Of a stretch of 64,000 nucleotides of DNA, positions 50,801 through 63,490 are shown piece after piece. The notes beneath the pieces were generated by a model. The model was given only the letters and a program-made list of their open reading frames with translations. It made no database searches and was not told the DNA's origin. How positions within the stretch are numbered: the stretch's first letter is position 1; each line of letters begins with the position of its first letter. The DNA comes from Ascidiella aspersa. Lineage: Eukaryota. The stretch covers positions 9,114,001-9,178,000 of the forward strand of contig OZ004607.1 in NCBI GenBank assembly GCA_963924565.1, given 5' to 3'. The position numbers and the translations under genes are program-made.

Positions 50801-53800
50801 TAAACATAGTAAGGAGGTTTTGTCAACCAAGTTAACTACAGTCACGTAACTTCCCTGTTCAAGTGGTAAACTGTGGCGAAATCTACCAAAACAATCCTTT
50901 CGTTGCCTAAAGTAAATCAAGTAAGATAAATATACCTTTTCCTGCAAGTTGGTTCCACACAGCTTGCCTCCGTCGCTGGGTGGCGGACTTGAGCAGGTCC
51001 TGACCCTTGTCGAGTTCCTGGCTCCGCACGGGATCACTGCTGGTATCCATGGCGACCACTTTGACCACTGGCCGTCCACTGGACACTGAAAATAATTGAT
51101 GTATGCAATATCGGATTAGGAAGATACCTAAAACGAAGTGATGGTATCTATACTAGGGTAGTAGCGGTGCCAATAAAAGTAGAAACATTCTCGAAGACAA
51201 ATATTGTTTTTATCTATTCTCACTTTTCGGCGCCTGATGATAAAATTAAGATCAAGCAAACATATTAAAAATTTTATTAGTTGGAAACTTACAATCGAAA
51301 ATGCTTTCTTCAATCTACAAGATTGTCGTTTGTGAAGCTTGACCTTACGATTAAGTATACTTATTGCAAAGCTTTAAATTAGGCCCAAAGCAATACAAAG
51401 TTCACCAGAACAAAAAAACAACAATTTGTTAAGATATGTTCTCAAGTTTGGAATGACTAAAAGGAAGTACTACCCAAACTAATTGTTTAGGTTACTGAAT
51501 CCCACTTGGAAATAACACGGTAAATCTTCAAATGAACAAAACAGTAAACTTTCAAACCCGCGAATAAATAAAAACAATTAAAAATCCAAACGGAACGAAT
51601 TAAAATTTTACTAAGCCGCACACAATTACCTTTTGCTCAAAGCAGTTGACGAACTTCTCATTTTCCCCGGGACAAAATGGCGGACTTCCGGTCGTCGGTT
51701 CGGTGCCTTTATTTTCACACGACCTGGTGCGCAGCAGGGTGCCGTTTCCGCACGAGGCGCTGCAAGCGTAGCGGGATGACCAGGTGGACCAGACGCCCAG
51801 GACAGGGCAGTCGGTGTTGGGGCAGGTTTGCACATCAACCTGGGACGAGTTGGGTTCGTTTTAGAACTAGCGGCGTTTTGTGAGGGACAGTATAAACAAT
51901 GGTTGGAAAAAGGATTTAACAAACAATGGTTGGAAAAAGAATAAACACTCATCTAAAAAGTTGTTAATATTTCTAAAATTTAATGCATGGAATAATTTTA
52001 GATCGCACAAAGATTTACTATTTTTCAAATAAAACATACATTTCCGGTAAAACTGTCCAATATTTGTTGTTCGAAGCGTTAGAACAATGTTGCCTACTCT
52101 AAACAGCCCTCGATATTTATTGTGCGCTTGATAAACGCCCATCAGCAACAATTGTAAATCACTTACCCCATAGGTTTTGTTAACTGCGCAAGGAGTACCG
52201 CCGTGTAGAGGTTCGGGATTGGTGCAACTTCTATTTCGCGTAGTCGAGCCGGTAAAGCCGCAAGTCTCCGTACACTAAAAAATACAAACATATTTTATTG
52301 GCGTGCAAGAAAAAAAGTTAGAAAATGCAACAATCAAATACAACTTGAGCCAATCAGCTGTTATGCCGTCAAGCATAAACAATCATCAACTCTAGCCATT
52401 TACCAAACAACACTTCAACCATGTTCACGAAACAACATTATAACCAACTTAGTCAAAAAACATTTCAAGCAAGTTTACTAAACAAACTCCAAACCAACTT
52501 TACCAAAAAACATTTCAACCAACTTATTCGAATAACATTGCAAACAACTTAATCAAACAAGATTCCATCCAACTTTACCAAACAATATTTAAACCAACTT
52601 TTCCAAATATCATTCCTAACAACTTAATCATTCAACATTCCATCCAACTTATCCAAACGACATTTAAATCAACTTATCTAAACGACATTCCAAGCAACTT
52701 AATCAACAAACATTCCAATTAATTTACCAAACAACATTCCAACCAGCGTAATCAAATAACATTTCATCCAACTTTACCAAACAGATTCCAACCAATCTAA
52801 GCAAATCTAACAATCATAAAGTATTTAACGCACGACCCATGAGCTCAAGCTATAAATTAATTGTAGGTGATCCCGGTTATTAAAGTAAGCCTCAATCACC
52901 CTGTTAAAGACTTAAATATTACTAACCGGTGTGTTTTCGCTCCACGGAGTCCAACCCCCGTGCACAGGACACATGGGAAGTTCAGAACAAGGCACAGTTT
53001 CTTCAGTGAAGGATGTTCCGTTGCAATCCTTTCCTGGAGACGGAAGACCAGAGGGATCTTCGCAAATTCTCCTTCTCTTCATCGTAGCGTTACCGCACGA
53101 GGCAGAGCACTAGAAGCAAAAATCCCGCAAAATTACAACATTGGCATTAAAATCTCCATTTCTATTAGTGGTATAAATAAATGTTGGAAGGTTGTATTTT
53201 AGTAAAATTAAAAGATGGTTGAGTAAGCATTATATTATATTGCGTGGTGTACAAACTTGAAACTTTTTTCGTCTTGTAGTTCAATTTCTATATATTTCGT
53301 CGATTTACTATGTACAGTGGAAAGATTATCCAGTCCTACTGTATCGAGTAATGAGTACTAGACAATTACTTGTTGAGTACCTGTATATTGATGTAATACT
53401 GGATTAATAATGCCGATTATGGCAATTTGCAATGGATATTCTTTTGAATATTATTGGCAAACAATTTATTAACCATTTCAAGTTTAAATGGCAATATTCT
53501 TTAAGGTTTTTAACGTATTTAATTCTATAATTTGTTAGTAAATAATAACTAAATGTTAATGTTGTCCAATATAAATTTTTATATAACGCCACACCGAAGC
53601 CCCACCTTTTCAAAAACGCCCCACGATGACAGAGCGAAGGCGCTGTTCATTCCGTTTCGGTAGGTCCAGGATGTAACCGACAACGAAGGCCCCTCTTCCG
53701 AAGCCCGCAAGCTGGAAACCGTAATGTTGTAAAGTGTGGCTGGAGTCAGCTCGGTAAAGACGAAAGGCGAACTAGTGCAGAAGTGACTTGCCATAGGTTT

Positions 53801-56800
53801 GTCGCTATGCTGCGCTCTTGAAATTGAAACCTGCACCGTTGGGTAAGATTGGTTTGTTTGATCGTTTTCTTATACAATGGTTAAAATTGCTGCTGATTTT
53901 TTCAATTTTATAATTGCATTCCTTTGACAGTGTAGAGAAACATGCTAACCTACTTCCCCATTAGCTTTATTTTTCTACACCTGACAGCATTCAAATCCAA
54001 TTACAAAATATACACAACGTTGCCGACTTTAGAGTGATAATTTCCATTTGCTCTATGTTTTCCAAATACTGCTTTTAACTGAAGTTTTGCGTTTTGGAAA
54101 TCTTAAAAAGCTGTGTAATTAGGGTTTATTGGGAATCTGCTAAATTACAGGAAACAGTTAAATGCAATTTTTGTGCAGGATAGACTTCAAAATGTTCACT
54201 CAAATCACATTCCAAAATTAAAAAATACTGTCACCATTTATATATTACGTCGCAATAGTAGTATAAACTGCTAAACATGACTGGCATCTGAAGGCTTTAA
54301 TTGAATAGGAAAGTAACATAACGCTGTAAAGTGTTGTTCAACCATTTTTACGCGGCGACCCAAATGAGAAATTATGGGCCATGTGTTCATATTGCACCTC
54401 AATTATCTCCGATATTGGAGCAATCTTTCCCAGAACCAATCACAATAATGTAACAATGCGAACTACTGTAGTCGGCGACCCAACCCATTTAAACAGCCAC
54501 ACGGCTTTGGGTCGTGACCCATGGGTTGCGAAACGCTGCTGTACAACTTATGCTGCCTTCCAACTAACCACTTAGCGTTTAAATATCGAGACCGCAGCTT
54601 ATAAATACCTTGAATCGATCGGCTTTTTCGGCCGGATCCGGATCCGACCAAGAAACTTGCAATTCTGACTCGCCCTGGGACTCGACTCGCAACTCGTCGA
54701 CAACGAGTAGCGGTGCGGGGACGTCGTACTTGTGGACAGTCTCCGATGCAACGAAATCGGGGTGACCGAGTTTGTACAGTTGAACAGTTGTATGATATAA
54801 GCATCCTATATAGTGGGAAAGAACGCAAATCAAGCAATTTTGAAGACAACTCCCGGATTACAAACTTATATAAAAAATATGATATTGAGCGAGGTGACAG
54901 AAATTTGTCGTTGCTTAAGAAAGAACGATTTTAAAAGGATACGGATTTTTGAAAAGGGCACCCACAATAAAGCTGAACATTGCTTTCAGTTGATTCTACG
55001 CAATTGCAATTCACACAACGAGTCAAATAACAGAATGTGGAGGCGAATTAAAGCACAATAAACAAATCCAGGCGTGAAAGCAGAAAATAGTAAAGTCTCT
55101 GAGAACGGAAGAGATGTAGACTTATCTAACAAATTGCTATCTAAAAATTAAAACAGGTCAAAATGAACAAACAAAAGTGGAAAATGTTGGGGAAATGAAA
55201 AGCAATAATTTTTTTTCTTCAAAAAGTAAATGTTAAATCATTGGATATGGTTTTTTGAAACATGCTTATCATCTAAAAAACATTCCATAAACCAAACAAC
55301 GACTGCACCTTTTACTGCCACCGACATATTGGCGGCCATCTCCTTAACAAAGAGCCTGGTGTGTACGTCACAAAGCCTCGTCACGGTCTGCGCTTCTCGC
55401 GTCGACGCAGCGCTGCAGGCGGCAGTGGAGCGTGACCCCTGGATACTTGCGGTCACTTGGTTGCTGACCACGAACTGGTGGCAGTCGCTGTCCACCTCCC
55501 AGGTGATCTCAACTGATTCGGGGGCGATTCTGTGGGTGAAAATAATTCGGGGTTGTTGGGTTAGATTTGTTTATTAAAGAATTAGATTTTAACGTTACGT
55601 GTTTATAGGTTTTGCAGTCTTTCGAGTCGAGTTAGTTATCGTTGGTAAGCGACTTTAGAAGGGCTAGATTGCAGTTGTTAAATACCAATGTTTGTCTATC
55701 TTTCTCTGAATAATATGGTACTGTATATCCACTACAATGTGAAGTTGGCTGTATACTACCGGAATGTAGCACGCATTGGCGCAATGGCTGTTTCTCGACT
55801 GTACTTGAATAATCATGCTTTGCTTTATTGTTTGCATACTTGAAGTGTGAGCTTACACCAAATGCCATCTAAATAGCTTACGAAATCAGTCGGCCTGATC
55901 AGGATTCACATGCAAGGGAAGCAATGCTAAAAAACAACTAGCATGCGGTGAGTTTGAACTCACGACCCCGGCCTAATAGGGACAGTCGCTCTACCAACTG
56001 AGCTACGCAGGCTTAAGGGACTGATGGTCAAGAAACGACCATGTCACCGCTGCCTACTTCATCATGTTTGTACAATCAATCCCATTTTAAGGAGTTTAAA
56101 CGCCCATATGTTGCAACTTAAGCATTTATATACAACATGTGTATATTTTAGAATTAAACCCCTTTGAAGCCGTTAACCGACGATACCTTCGGAATGGCTT
56201 CCTGGAATCAGTATAGGCAAGGAATTAGCTTATAAATGTCATTTAAAATTAAAGAATTTTATATTAAAAAAGGCAAGGAATAAGCTCATGGATGTAATTT
56301 TCTTATATTAAAAAATACCTTTTAACGGCCAGAGTAAGGCTTCCAGAAAATCCAGTCAAGGTCCGTTGGTATCCACCCGACGAATTCTTTTCTCCAGCCA
56401 CACTGACCAACTCCAGCACGTATTCGGTCAGAGGCTCAAGATCAAGCAGATGGTGATTGGTCACGTGAGCGTCCATTCTGTGCTGTGACGTCACTAACGA
56501 CGATGACTCTGCAAAAATAAGCGTTTTGCAAGCTTGAGCATCGAAGGTCTCTGGCCCTGATATGAATCGGTGAAGATAGGTTGTGAAGATAGGTTGTCGA
56601 ACTTGAGTTTCTCAATTTTCAAGGTGTTTCTAGTTAAAAATACTTGAAAACGGTGTACACAGTATGTTGTTTAAAAGGTTGTTGTTAATTGTTAATTATG
56701 GGCATTTCACACAAGTCGTGAACTGGAAATTTACGGAAAGGAAAACCTTTAATCCTTATGTGGACTTTGTATAAAAAAGGTGTTCCAATTATTACAGTCG

Positions 56801-59800
56801 TAATAAGAATATCAAAGCCCATACAGAAGTAGGTATCATTTTGGACGTTTCGAATAACTCTTTATTCATTGAGAGAAGTCACTGATGGAAGTAAAGAGTT
56901 ATTCGAAACGTCCAAAATGATACCTACTTCTGTATGGGCTTTGATATTCTTATTACGTCTTACTACAACCTCCAACCATTATGCTCCAAAATTATTACAG
57001 TGTTTTCTATTTTCTATTGCAGTCACGAATATAATTATTATCAACAGAAATAGATAGTAATCTTAAACAAGATGTTCACCTTAATATTTGATAAGTTAAT
57101 TTGATAAGGTAACAGCGGTATATTAAAATAGGAGAAGCGTCATTTTTTTACCATTTTGTTAAGTGTACCGTTGTGTGAACCTGGTTTTAACAGCTTTATA
57201 AATTCGTTTGAAACTATCTTTTTAATAAAAAAACCCATAAACTTCGTGGAGAATCATACCCAAACCCAGGTGACGATTTTGATCAAATGTCCAAAGCGAC
57301 CCTCTTACCGCGAATATTAAGAAAAATGGCGTCCAGGTACTTGTAGTTTTCGATGGCCCACTGAACAGATAAGCCGGTGGTGACTTTGGATTGAGTGGTC
57401 AGGTTCCTCAGGGCTACTATAAAAGGAGCTTCTGGCATCACTTGGGAGTGCAGCCGAGCTACTGGACCGTCCAGTCCACGGAACACTGACCGCACTTCGG
57501 CCATATACGGTCGGCCTGGCTCGATTTGGCTGGAAGCATTGCCAAGGCCTGAAAACGGTTATTAAATGTCATTTAATTACTTGGGTACACTATGCACAGA
57601 TCTGCAAAGTAGCTTGTATTGCAAAGTCAAAAAGGTCGAGTAGACGACATCATCTTGTACTACTTGACTTTTTTGGCTTTGGAATTAATTGTCAAGTCAT
57701 GAAATCAATTATTCAATATGTTTGTTTTTTGAACTCAACGAAAATGTATAAGCTGAAAAGGTATTCTATCGGTAAAGTTTGGAAAAAGGGATCAGCCATA
57801 TACAATGTGAGGTTATTACTAAGGACTGAGTCTATAAAGTAAAAAGAAGAGTACCGGTATAGTTACACACTATTGTAAAAAGTATATTACATTTGAAGCA
57901 AAACTTGATTTGCTTGTACCAGTAAAATTAAATAAAGTGAAAACTCACAAAACAAGTTACATGGGAACACTGTACGTTATCTTCAAGAATAAATAACTTT
58001 CAATCGCTTGATTTTGCCTTCCAATTGTTTAAATGTAATTAGACTCTCGATATATTTTTCAATGTTACATCACATCTTATAATTCGTTTATGAAGGTGAG
58101 GTAATGTAGAACCTGCTTGTTCTTTTGAAAAAAACATTCGTGAGTTATTTAGGAAACACTGTTTAAAACAATAAAAAATACGCATTCATATAACTATAAA
58201 AATTTTTTTTTTTTAAATTCCCGGGTCTGGACTTCTAGAGTACCCAAGTTATCCCTGTAAGTACCCCAAAGCTTACCGACTAAATACTCGACGATTGGCG
58301 AACCGCCTTCCACAATGGCTCGGTAGAGCAACGATGGCTGGCTTTCGTTGTTAAAGGTGAACACATCGAGCTTGTATTCGTAAGCGTCTCCCTCCACCGG
58401 TTTGCTCCACTCTAACAAGTCCGTCCCCGGAAGCAATTCGCCTGCCTCTGGTGGAACTGCTGATCTGAAATCGCAATCAACCTCTTTTTGGTTTGGTAGC
58501 AAATACAACTTACATGGCTGGAGCATAATGGGTGGAGGTTGCAGTTCGACATAGATCGAATATCAAAGCTCATGTAGAAGTAAATGGTAGCGTTTCGAGA
58601 ATGTTTTCGAACAAAAAATGTTTAGTCATTTTAAACACCATGAAAAATCAACATAAGTGTAAAAAAATAATACAACGTTCACCAAACGCCACTTCTTTAT
58701 TTATGGACTGTGATATTTTTGTGCTACAAAACTTTAAACACTTTCGGAGAAAAACGACATATTCTTGCAAAGAAACTTTGATTTTTAGGGAAAAAATAAA
58801 GAAAACTTAATTTTTTTTAAAACTTGATTCTGGTTGAATGCGTTTCACGCCTTTTTTACGCTCATTACAGTATAGGTACTGAGAACATTTTTTAAATCAC
58901 ATAAAACAACGAATTCGAACAAAAAAATAATTTGGATAGGGCCTCCAAAACAAGTGTTTTGCAAATCACCAAATATGTTTTGATGGTCTCTGAAATTAAA
59001 TCCAGCAAAACCTAAAAATAATTTAGAAAGCCTAACCTCATCTAAACTAAAATTGACATTTAAAAACGTTATAACCGATGAAACTTACCGCAATAATAAA
59101 ACGGCACTTGATTTATCAGCTGGAGCAGATATAACACAAAAAACGTTATCGAAAAATTTAAAAAAAGAGAAAAATCAATCACTTCAAACATCCATTATCG
59201 ATATGGGCCTTTGGCTTGTGGCGTTTCCTAACACTTACTGAATCGACGCCGGTACACCAGGAGCCGTAACCACAACCCTGGTCACCGTCGTGGCAGGCAG
59301 GTCGGGCAGTAGGATACTTTGGATGGACGCTGTAACGTTGAATGTGTACACCTTGCCGTCCTTTACGCCGAACAACTTCATTACGATCGGATCGTTTTCC
59401 GAACTCGTAAGGTCGATAGTTTGCTGACCGACATCATAAACGCTCGACCTGTTCAAATTAAAGAACAAGATTCAGTGAGTTAAAAGACAGACTTTGTCGC
59501 TTTTAAATTGGGGAAAACTTTTAAACCAGCGCCACTAGTCTTCTACCGGATGTTGTTATTAAACAGGTAATTACTATGCAGTCTTCTACAGCAGTGCTTC
59601 TTAAACTCTTTCAGTTTTGTTCACCCCTAGCATCTATCTTAAGATTTCATTCAACCTTGTCTCATGATATGATAAAACTATCTCGTCTATATATAACAGC
59701 ACAAAATGACTTGGGTTTTTTTTTGTTAAGATCAACTCTAGCTAAGATTTACTAAATTGCCAATCTACAATTTCTCGAGTCAAGAGATATAAAGCTACAA

Positions 59801-62800
59801 AAGCACAAAACACAGTCACCAAATGTTTGTACTTATACACTCAGTGCAAACCAATTCTCTATCACAATCAGCCAAAAAAACACCAAAAAACAACAGTTCA
59901 GTAGTTGATTTACTGCGAGTTGTCATCGATTTCTGATGGTTAACCCTTATTTACCCCTTTTGGTTGGTTTACCCCTGGAAAAATATTATTCACCCTGGGG
60001 TGAACCATTCACCTGTTCAAGAAACACTGTTCTACAGGGTGTTGTTATTAAAGGTAATTCTAAAAGTTCCAACGTCCTAAATTTAAACTTCATTAAAGGA
60101 AAAACTTGTAATGGTTATAGTAACGCATCGGGTTATTTCTACAAATGACATGGCTGGAAAAAAATACCACCCTTAGCGATGTTGGATCCGATACCTGAAC
60201 TTTCATATCGATACCGATTCGATATTTTGACAAACACAGAATTTTTTTATCAAAGACACTTTCGGACACTTTTGAACTGAGTTAAAAATTAACAACTAGC
60301 GTTATCTAGTCGGTCGTTTCTGAGAAATTCCAGAAGATAGGAGAACTACAAACTTGGAAAGGTGGTGTCTTACTGGGCAATTGTCAAAAAAAAAAAAAGA
60401 TTGGACGGGACTTTTGAATAATGGCAAATGACTCATGCTTGGATTAAACTGATTTAAAAAGTCGTTTGCTTTCATTTAGGGAAGTACAATAACTAAAAAA
60501 ATATATATGAAATTAAACTGTTTATAAGCCAAATTTGCGTTGGCAATAAAAAGTTGCATTACCTCAGGTTGTTATATTTTGTTTGATAAATTTAGCGTTC
60601 CAGGTAAACTCATTATGTTGCATCGCAAATCGTGGCTGAACTACCTAGCCTATATCAATTTGGTATGGAATCGGCACAGATACCACCCTGGTACCAGACG
60701 AGTACAAATACTACCACTTGGCATCCGATATTGGCTCCGAACCGATATTATCTTACACTCATTTTGACAATCCTGATACCATTCCTTAATTAACATCATT
60801 GAAAAGAGTTTAATAAGCAGAGAATTTTCTTAACAAATAACGCAACGTTTTAAATCTACTTAAATTGAAACTTACGATCCAGATCTTTGATAGACTGACT
60901 TATACAATATTGTCTCTGCCACCGTCGACAGCTTTGTTGCGTCATAATTGAGGACTGACGTAAGAATAAAATCTTCGTCACTCTTTTCTATTGTTAGAAC
61001 AATCGCAACGGAATATCTGTAAAAGCAAGCATAGGTTTCGCGAATGTGATTATCATACTGTTTATGCAGACTTTGGTCAAAATAATGTTTTTTCTTTAGT
61101 TTAACGTTTTCTTTTTTAAATGCGTTTCTCATTTTTTTAAGTAAAAGCCGTAAAAAATTGTAAAATTCGTATCCACGTACCAAACTTTAAAAGCGGTGCT
61201 AATTTAGTTGTATGATACAAAGTCTGTTCTTAGGTTATCAAAACACCCTGGTTTTTAGTATTGTTTTTAGAATTTATGTCAATCGAATATCCTGCAAAAT
61301 ACGTTTAGATGGATGGCCTAATTACTAACTGGTTGACAGAACTCTGGCACGGTTGTACGTTGTAGAGTTTTTTGAGTTCTCCAACTCCGTTGAAAGATGA
61401 TGCTTCGGAAAGAAGGTTGACGAATGATGGCGACTCTTCCTCATTTAATAAGCAACTGAACTTGGAAGCAATAACCTAAAACATGCACAAAACTACGTTA
61501 TTGGGCCTGTTTAAGTAGTTAGTGTGTCGTGTGGCATCACTTTCCTTTATTTATCACAGTTTTTAAAAGGATTAAATCCTTTATTTTCTCAGTAGCCTCA
61601 AGTATTTAGAACATACTTAAAGCAAACACGTAACAGCCTAAAGTACTAATGTAAAATATTAAAATTTCAGTTTGGTTGTATGCAAAGTCAATATGGTTTG
61701 CTGCTTACTAGAAAATAATCTAGATTATAAAACAAATATCACAAACAAACTTCCGTAGCAATTGGAGTATTACCATAAACATGGCTGTTGGAACTTTATT
61801 GTAATGTAAACATTGCGCTTCTGTAATGGCGCCTATTGATAATTAGGAAATTCAATATTAAGTATATTAAAGAAGGTTAAACATTTATCACTCCTCCGTC
61901 AATTGCTTTTTTAAAGCGTTTGAAATGTTCCGTTTTCAAAACGCCTTGTTTTGCGATTTAAAGCAAAACTTTCCACGATAAAGCAAATAACGGTAGAATA
62001 CCCTGAAAATAAATACTTTTTCACTTCCTAGTTTAAAATTAACTTTGCTGATTTAGCCATGGTGTTGACGGTATTTGGTTTTAGATCGGATCTCGAATAA
62101 TTTTACTCAGAGTACATCGTGTATCAGTTTGGGAATCAAACAAGACCAACAATCGGACACCCCGAGCTAAAACCAACGTCGTTACCAGCCACAAACCAAA
62201 ACAACAAGCGTTACCTGCTGCTGCGACAGCGGTTCAGCGGCGCCGGTGATCGGACCAAGAAGGCCGACGTACTGAAGGTCGAAGGCTGCCGACGTGTTAC
62301 CGCTTCTCCCTTCTTGATCATGTTCTGCCCAGAAAGTCGAACCGTTTCTATGTCTCAGTGTTGGCGCAAAGGCGCGGCCGGACCCGACCGCTACGTGACC
62401 TTTGAACCCGGCCAACGTGCAGGGGGAATTGCCGGACGTTCGGGCCACGGCGGTGCCGTCGACGTAGAGAAGGCACCTGGTGGCGGGACAGAGCGGTGTA
62501 AAAGTGTTCGACTATATTGTCTCGTGAGAAAAAAAAAAAAAAAAAAAATTTAATTGAGAACTAGGTTTGTGAACAGAAAGAAAAAAATTGGTCGAAGGTT
62601 GGTACACTCGTGAATTACAACAATTATTCGACTACTCGAATTGATGCTTTTTAGTTGACTCTTTATTGTTAAAAAATTTGTCATATTGTGTCTCTCATCG
62701 TTAAATTACACATGCGGAAAATGCATTCAAAGTTCTTTTTTGATTTATATTTGAAAAGAATTTTAGAAAAATAAATTGCTTGTGTTTAAAAAATCTAACA

Positions 62801-63490
62801 AGCCCTAATCTGTAAAAAATACCAAACGCACTACTTTTACATGGACTAAAAACATTTGAACTTATACAAACCCTATTATAAAAAAATAAATTTATTATTT
62901 TTTTAAGTAAGCATTTTTTTTCTGTAACAAATTTATTGTGCGTTTCAAATTTCCGAATTATGTGTCAAGGTTTAGAAAATAGTGGAAAGATCAGCTAAAC
63001 CAAGTTTCGATAAAAAAGCGACAGAAGTTAAAAAAAAAACTTTTCTTACCTGGAGTGTTGATCTTGTTCGTCCTGCCACCCCGTTACGGCGCAAACGTGG
63101 CGCCACTGGCCGCCAGTCAACAAGCCTGCATCAAAGGGGGTCGCGGCGCCGTCGGGCGTCAGGAACACCACCGCCTCGCTCCCGGCGCCGCTCTCGGCCA
63201 CGGCCAGCAGGGGGCGCATTCCGTCCTCGGCAAAGTACATCAAGGTTCCGACCTTTTCCGCCGAAATCCACAAACAAAGGGCGGAGATCGCAGTTCGCGT
63301 CAGAGTGACGTAGGAAAGAGTATCGGTCAGGGGGAATTCAAGGGCGCCGGTGTCCATGATTTGCGAGTAGCCGGCCTGGTGTCTGCCAACTGTGTGGGAG
63401 GCCAGGCACACCGCCGTTCCAGCTTCGGTTTCGCTCGTAGATTCGACCATGCAGCTCTGGGAGCCGCGGATCAGAGAGCCGAAGTCGGAC
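38837..63490 (-). CDS. Adhesion GPCR, 5'-partial (pentraxin-like, FN3-like repeats, 6x TSP1, HormR, GAIN/GPS, 7TM)
   Basis: Phase-consistent exons 63490-63050, 62476-62215, 61475-61330, 61016-60876, 59448-59239, 58464-58277, 57548-57309, 56508-56319, 55529-55309, 54805-54609, 53830-53606, 53109-52927, 52274-52167, 51839-51630, 51085-50936, 49922-49694, 48921-48735, 48048-47844, 47204-47066, 46435-46263, 45770-45598, 44833-44483, 43289-43092, 42789-42665, 42218-42050, 41744-41478, 39440-39326, 38983-38837. Motifs: WRHVC; LEPLTEY and LTPATLY; WxxWxxW..CSxSCG..RxRxC; [19 protein letters not shown]; [12 protein letters not shown]; seven hydrophobic segments then [16 protein letters not shown]-stop. 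Confidence 0.88.
40211..40348. mobile_element. GGCGCTGG-TIR MITE with cctaaccc core
   Basis: TIRs ggcgctggcctagaatcc / ggattctagaccagcgcc. Confidence 0.75.
40675..41095. mobile_element. GACTTGACT-repeat hAT-type MITE
   Basis: TIRs tagtgttgtaa / ttacaacactg; many gacttgactt units. Confidence 0.8.
44108..44435. mobile_element. CCGATAC/GTATCGG-repeat hAT-type MITE family
   Basis: Termini gggatgtcc / gacatccc; related copies at about 11640-11715, 49995-50351 and 60174-60788. Confidence 0.6.
45179..45586. mobile_element. GGACTCGG/GGAGTCGG-repeat MITE
   Basis: Repeated ggactcgggactc and ggagtcgg motifs; ends in ccgcagccctg. Confidence 0.6.
48948..49216. mobile_element. GACTTGACT-repeat hAT-type MITE
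   Basis: Termini cagtgttataa / ttagaacacgg; perfect TSD catacagt. Confidence 0.85.
50545..50615 (-). mobile_element. Degenerate tRNA-derived element
   Basis: Minus strand GGCCGAGGTCGTGAGTTTAAACCTC..TTTTTTTT; similar to 55940-56012. Confidence 0.55.
52400..52800. repeat. 25-bp minisatellite, about 16 diverged copies
   Basis: caactt recurs every 25 bp; consensus approximately caactttaccaaacaacattccaac. Confidence 0.85.
54330..54538. mobile_element. Degenerate Charlie-like MITE
   Basis: gtgttgttcaacc..gcgaccca..ggttgcgaaacgctg, resembling the element at 33556. Confidence 0.55.
55940..56012 (-). pseudogene. tRNA-like sequence (pseudo-tRNA or SINE head)
   Basis: GCCTGCG TA GCTC AGTTGGTA GAGC..GTGAG TTCAAA CTCAC CGCATGC: A and B boxes, acceptor, D and T stems present; anticodon arm does not pair; T6 run just downstream. 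Confidence 0.75.
56799..56957. repeat. Perfect 66-bp inverted repeat with 27-nt spacer
   Basis: 56799-56864 is the exact reverse complement of 56892-56957. Confidence 0.93.
59592..60029. mobile_element. Charlie-like hAT MITE
   Basis: TIRs CAGTGCTTCTTAAAC / GTTCAAGAAACACTG; perfect TSD ttctacag. Confidence 0.85.

Noticed and set aside
55940-56012. Functional tRNA gene
   Set aside because: The anticodon stem cannot pair, the T-loop is 6 nt and there is an acceptor mismatch.
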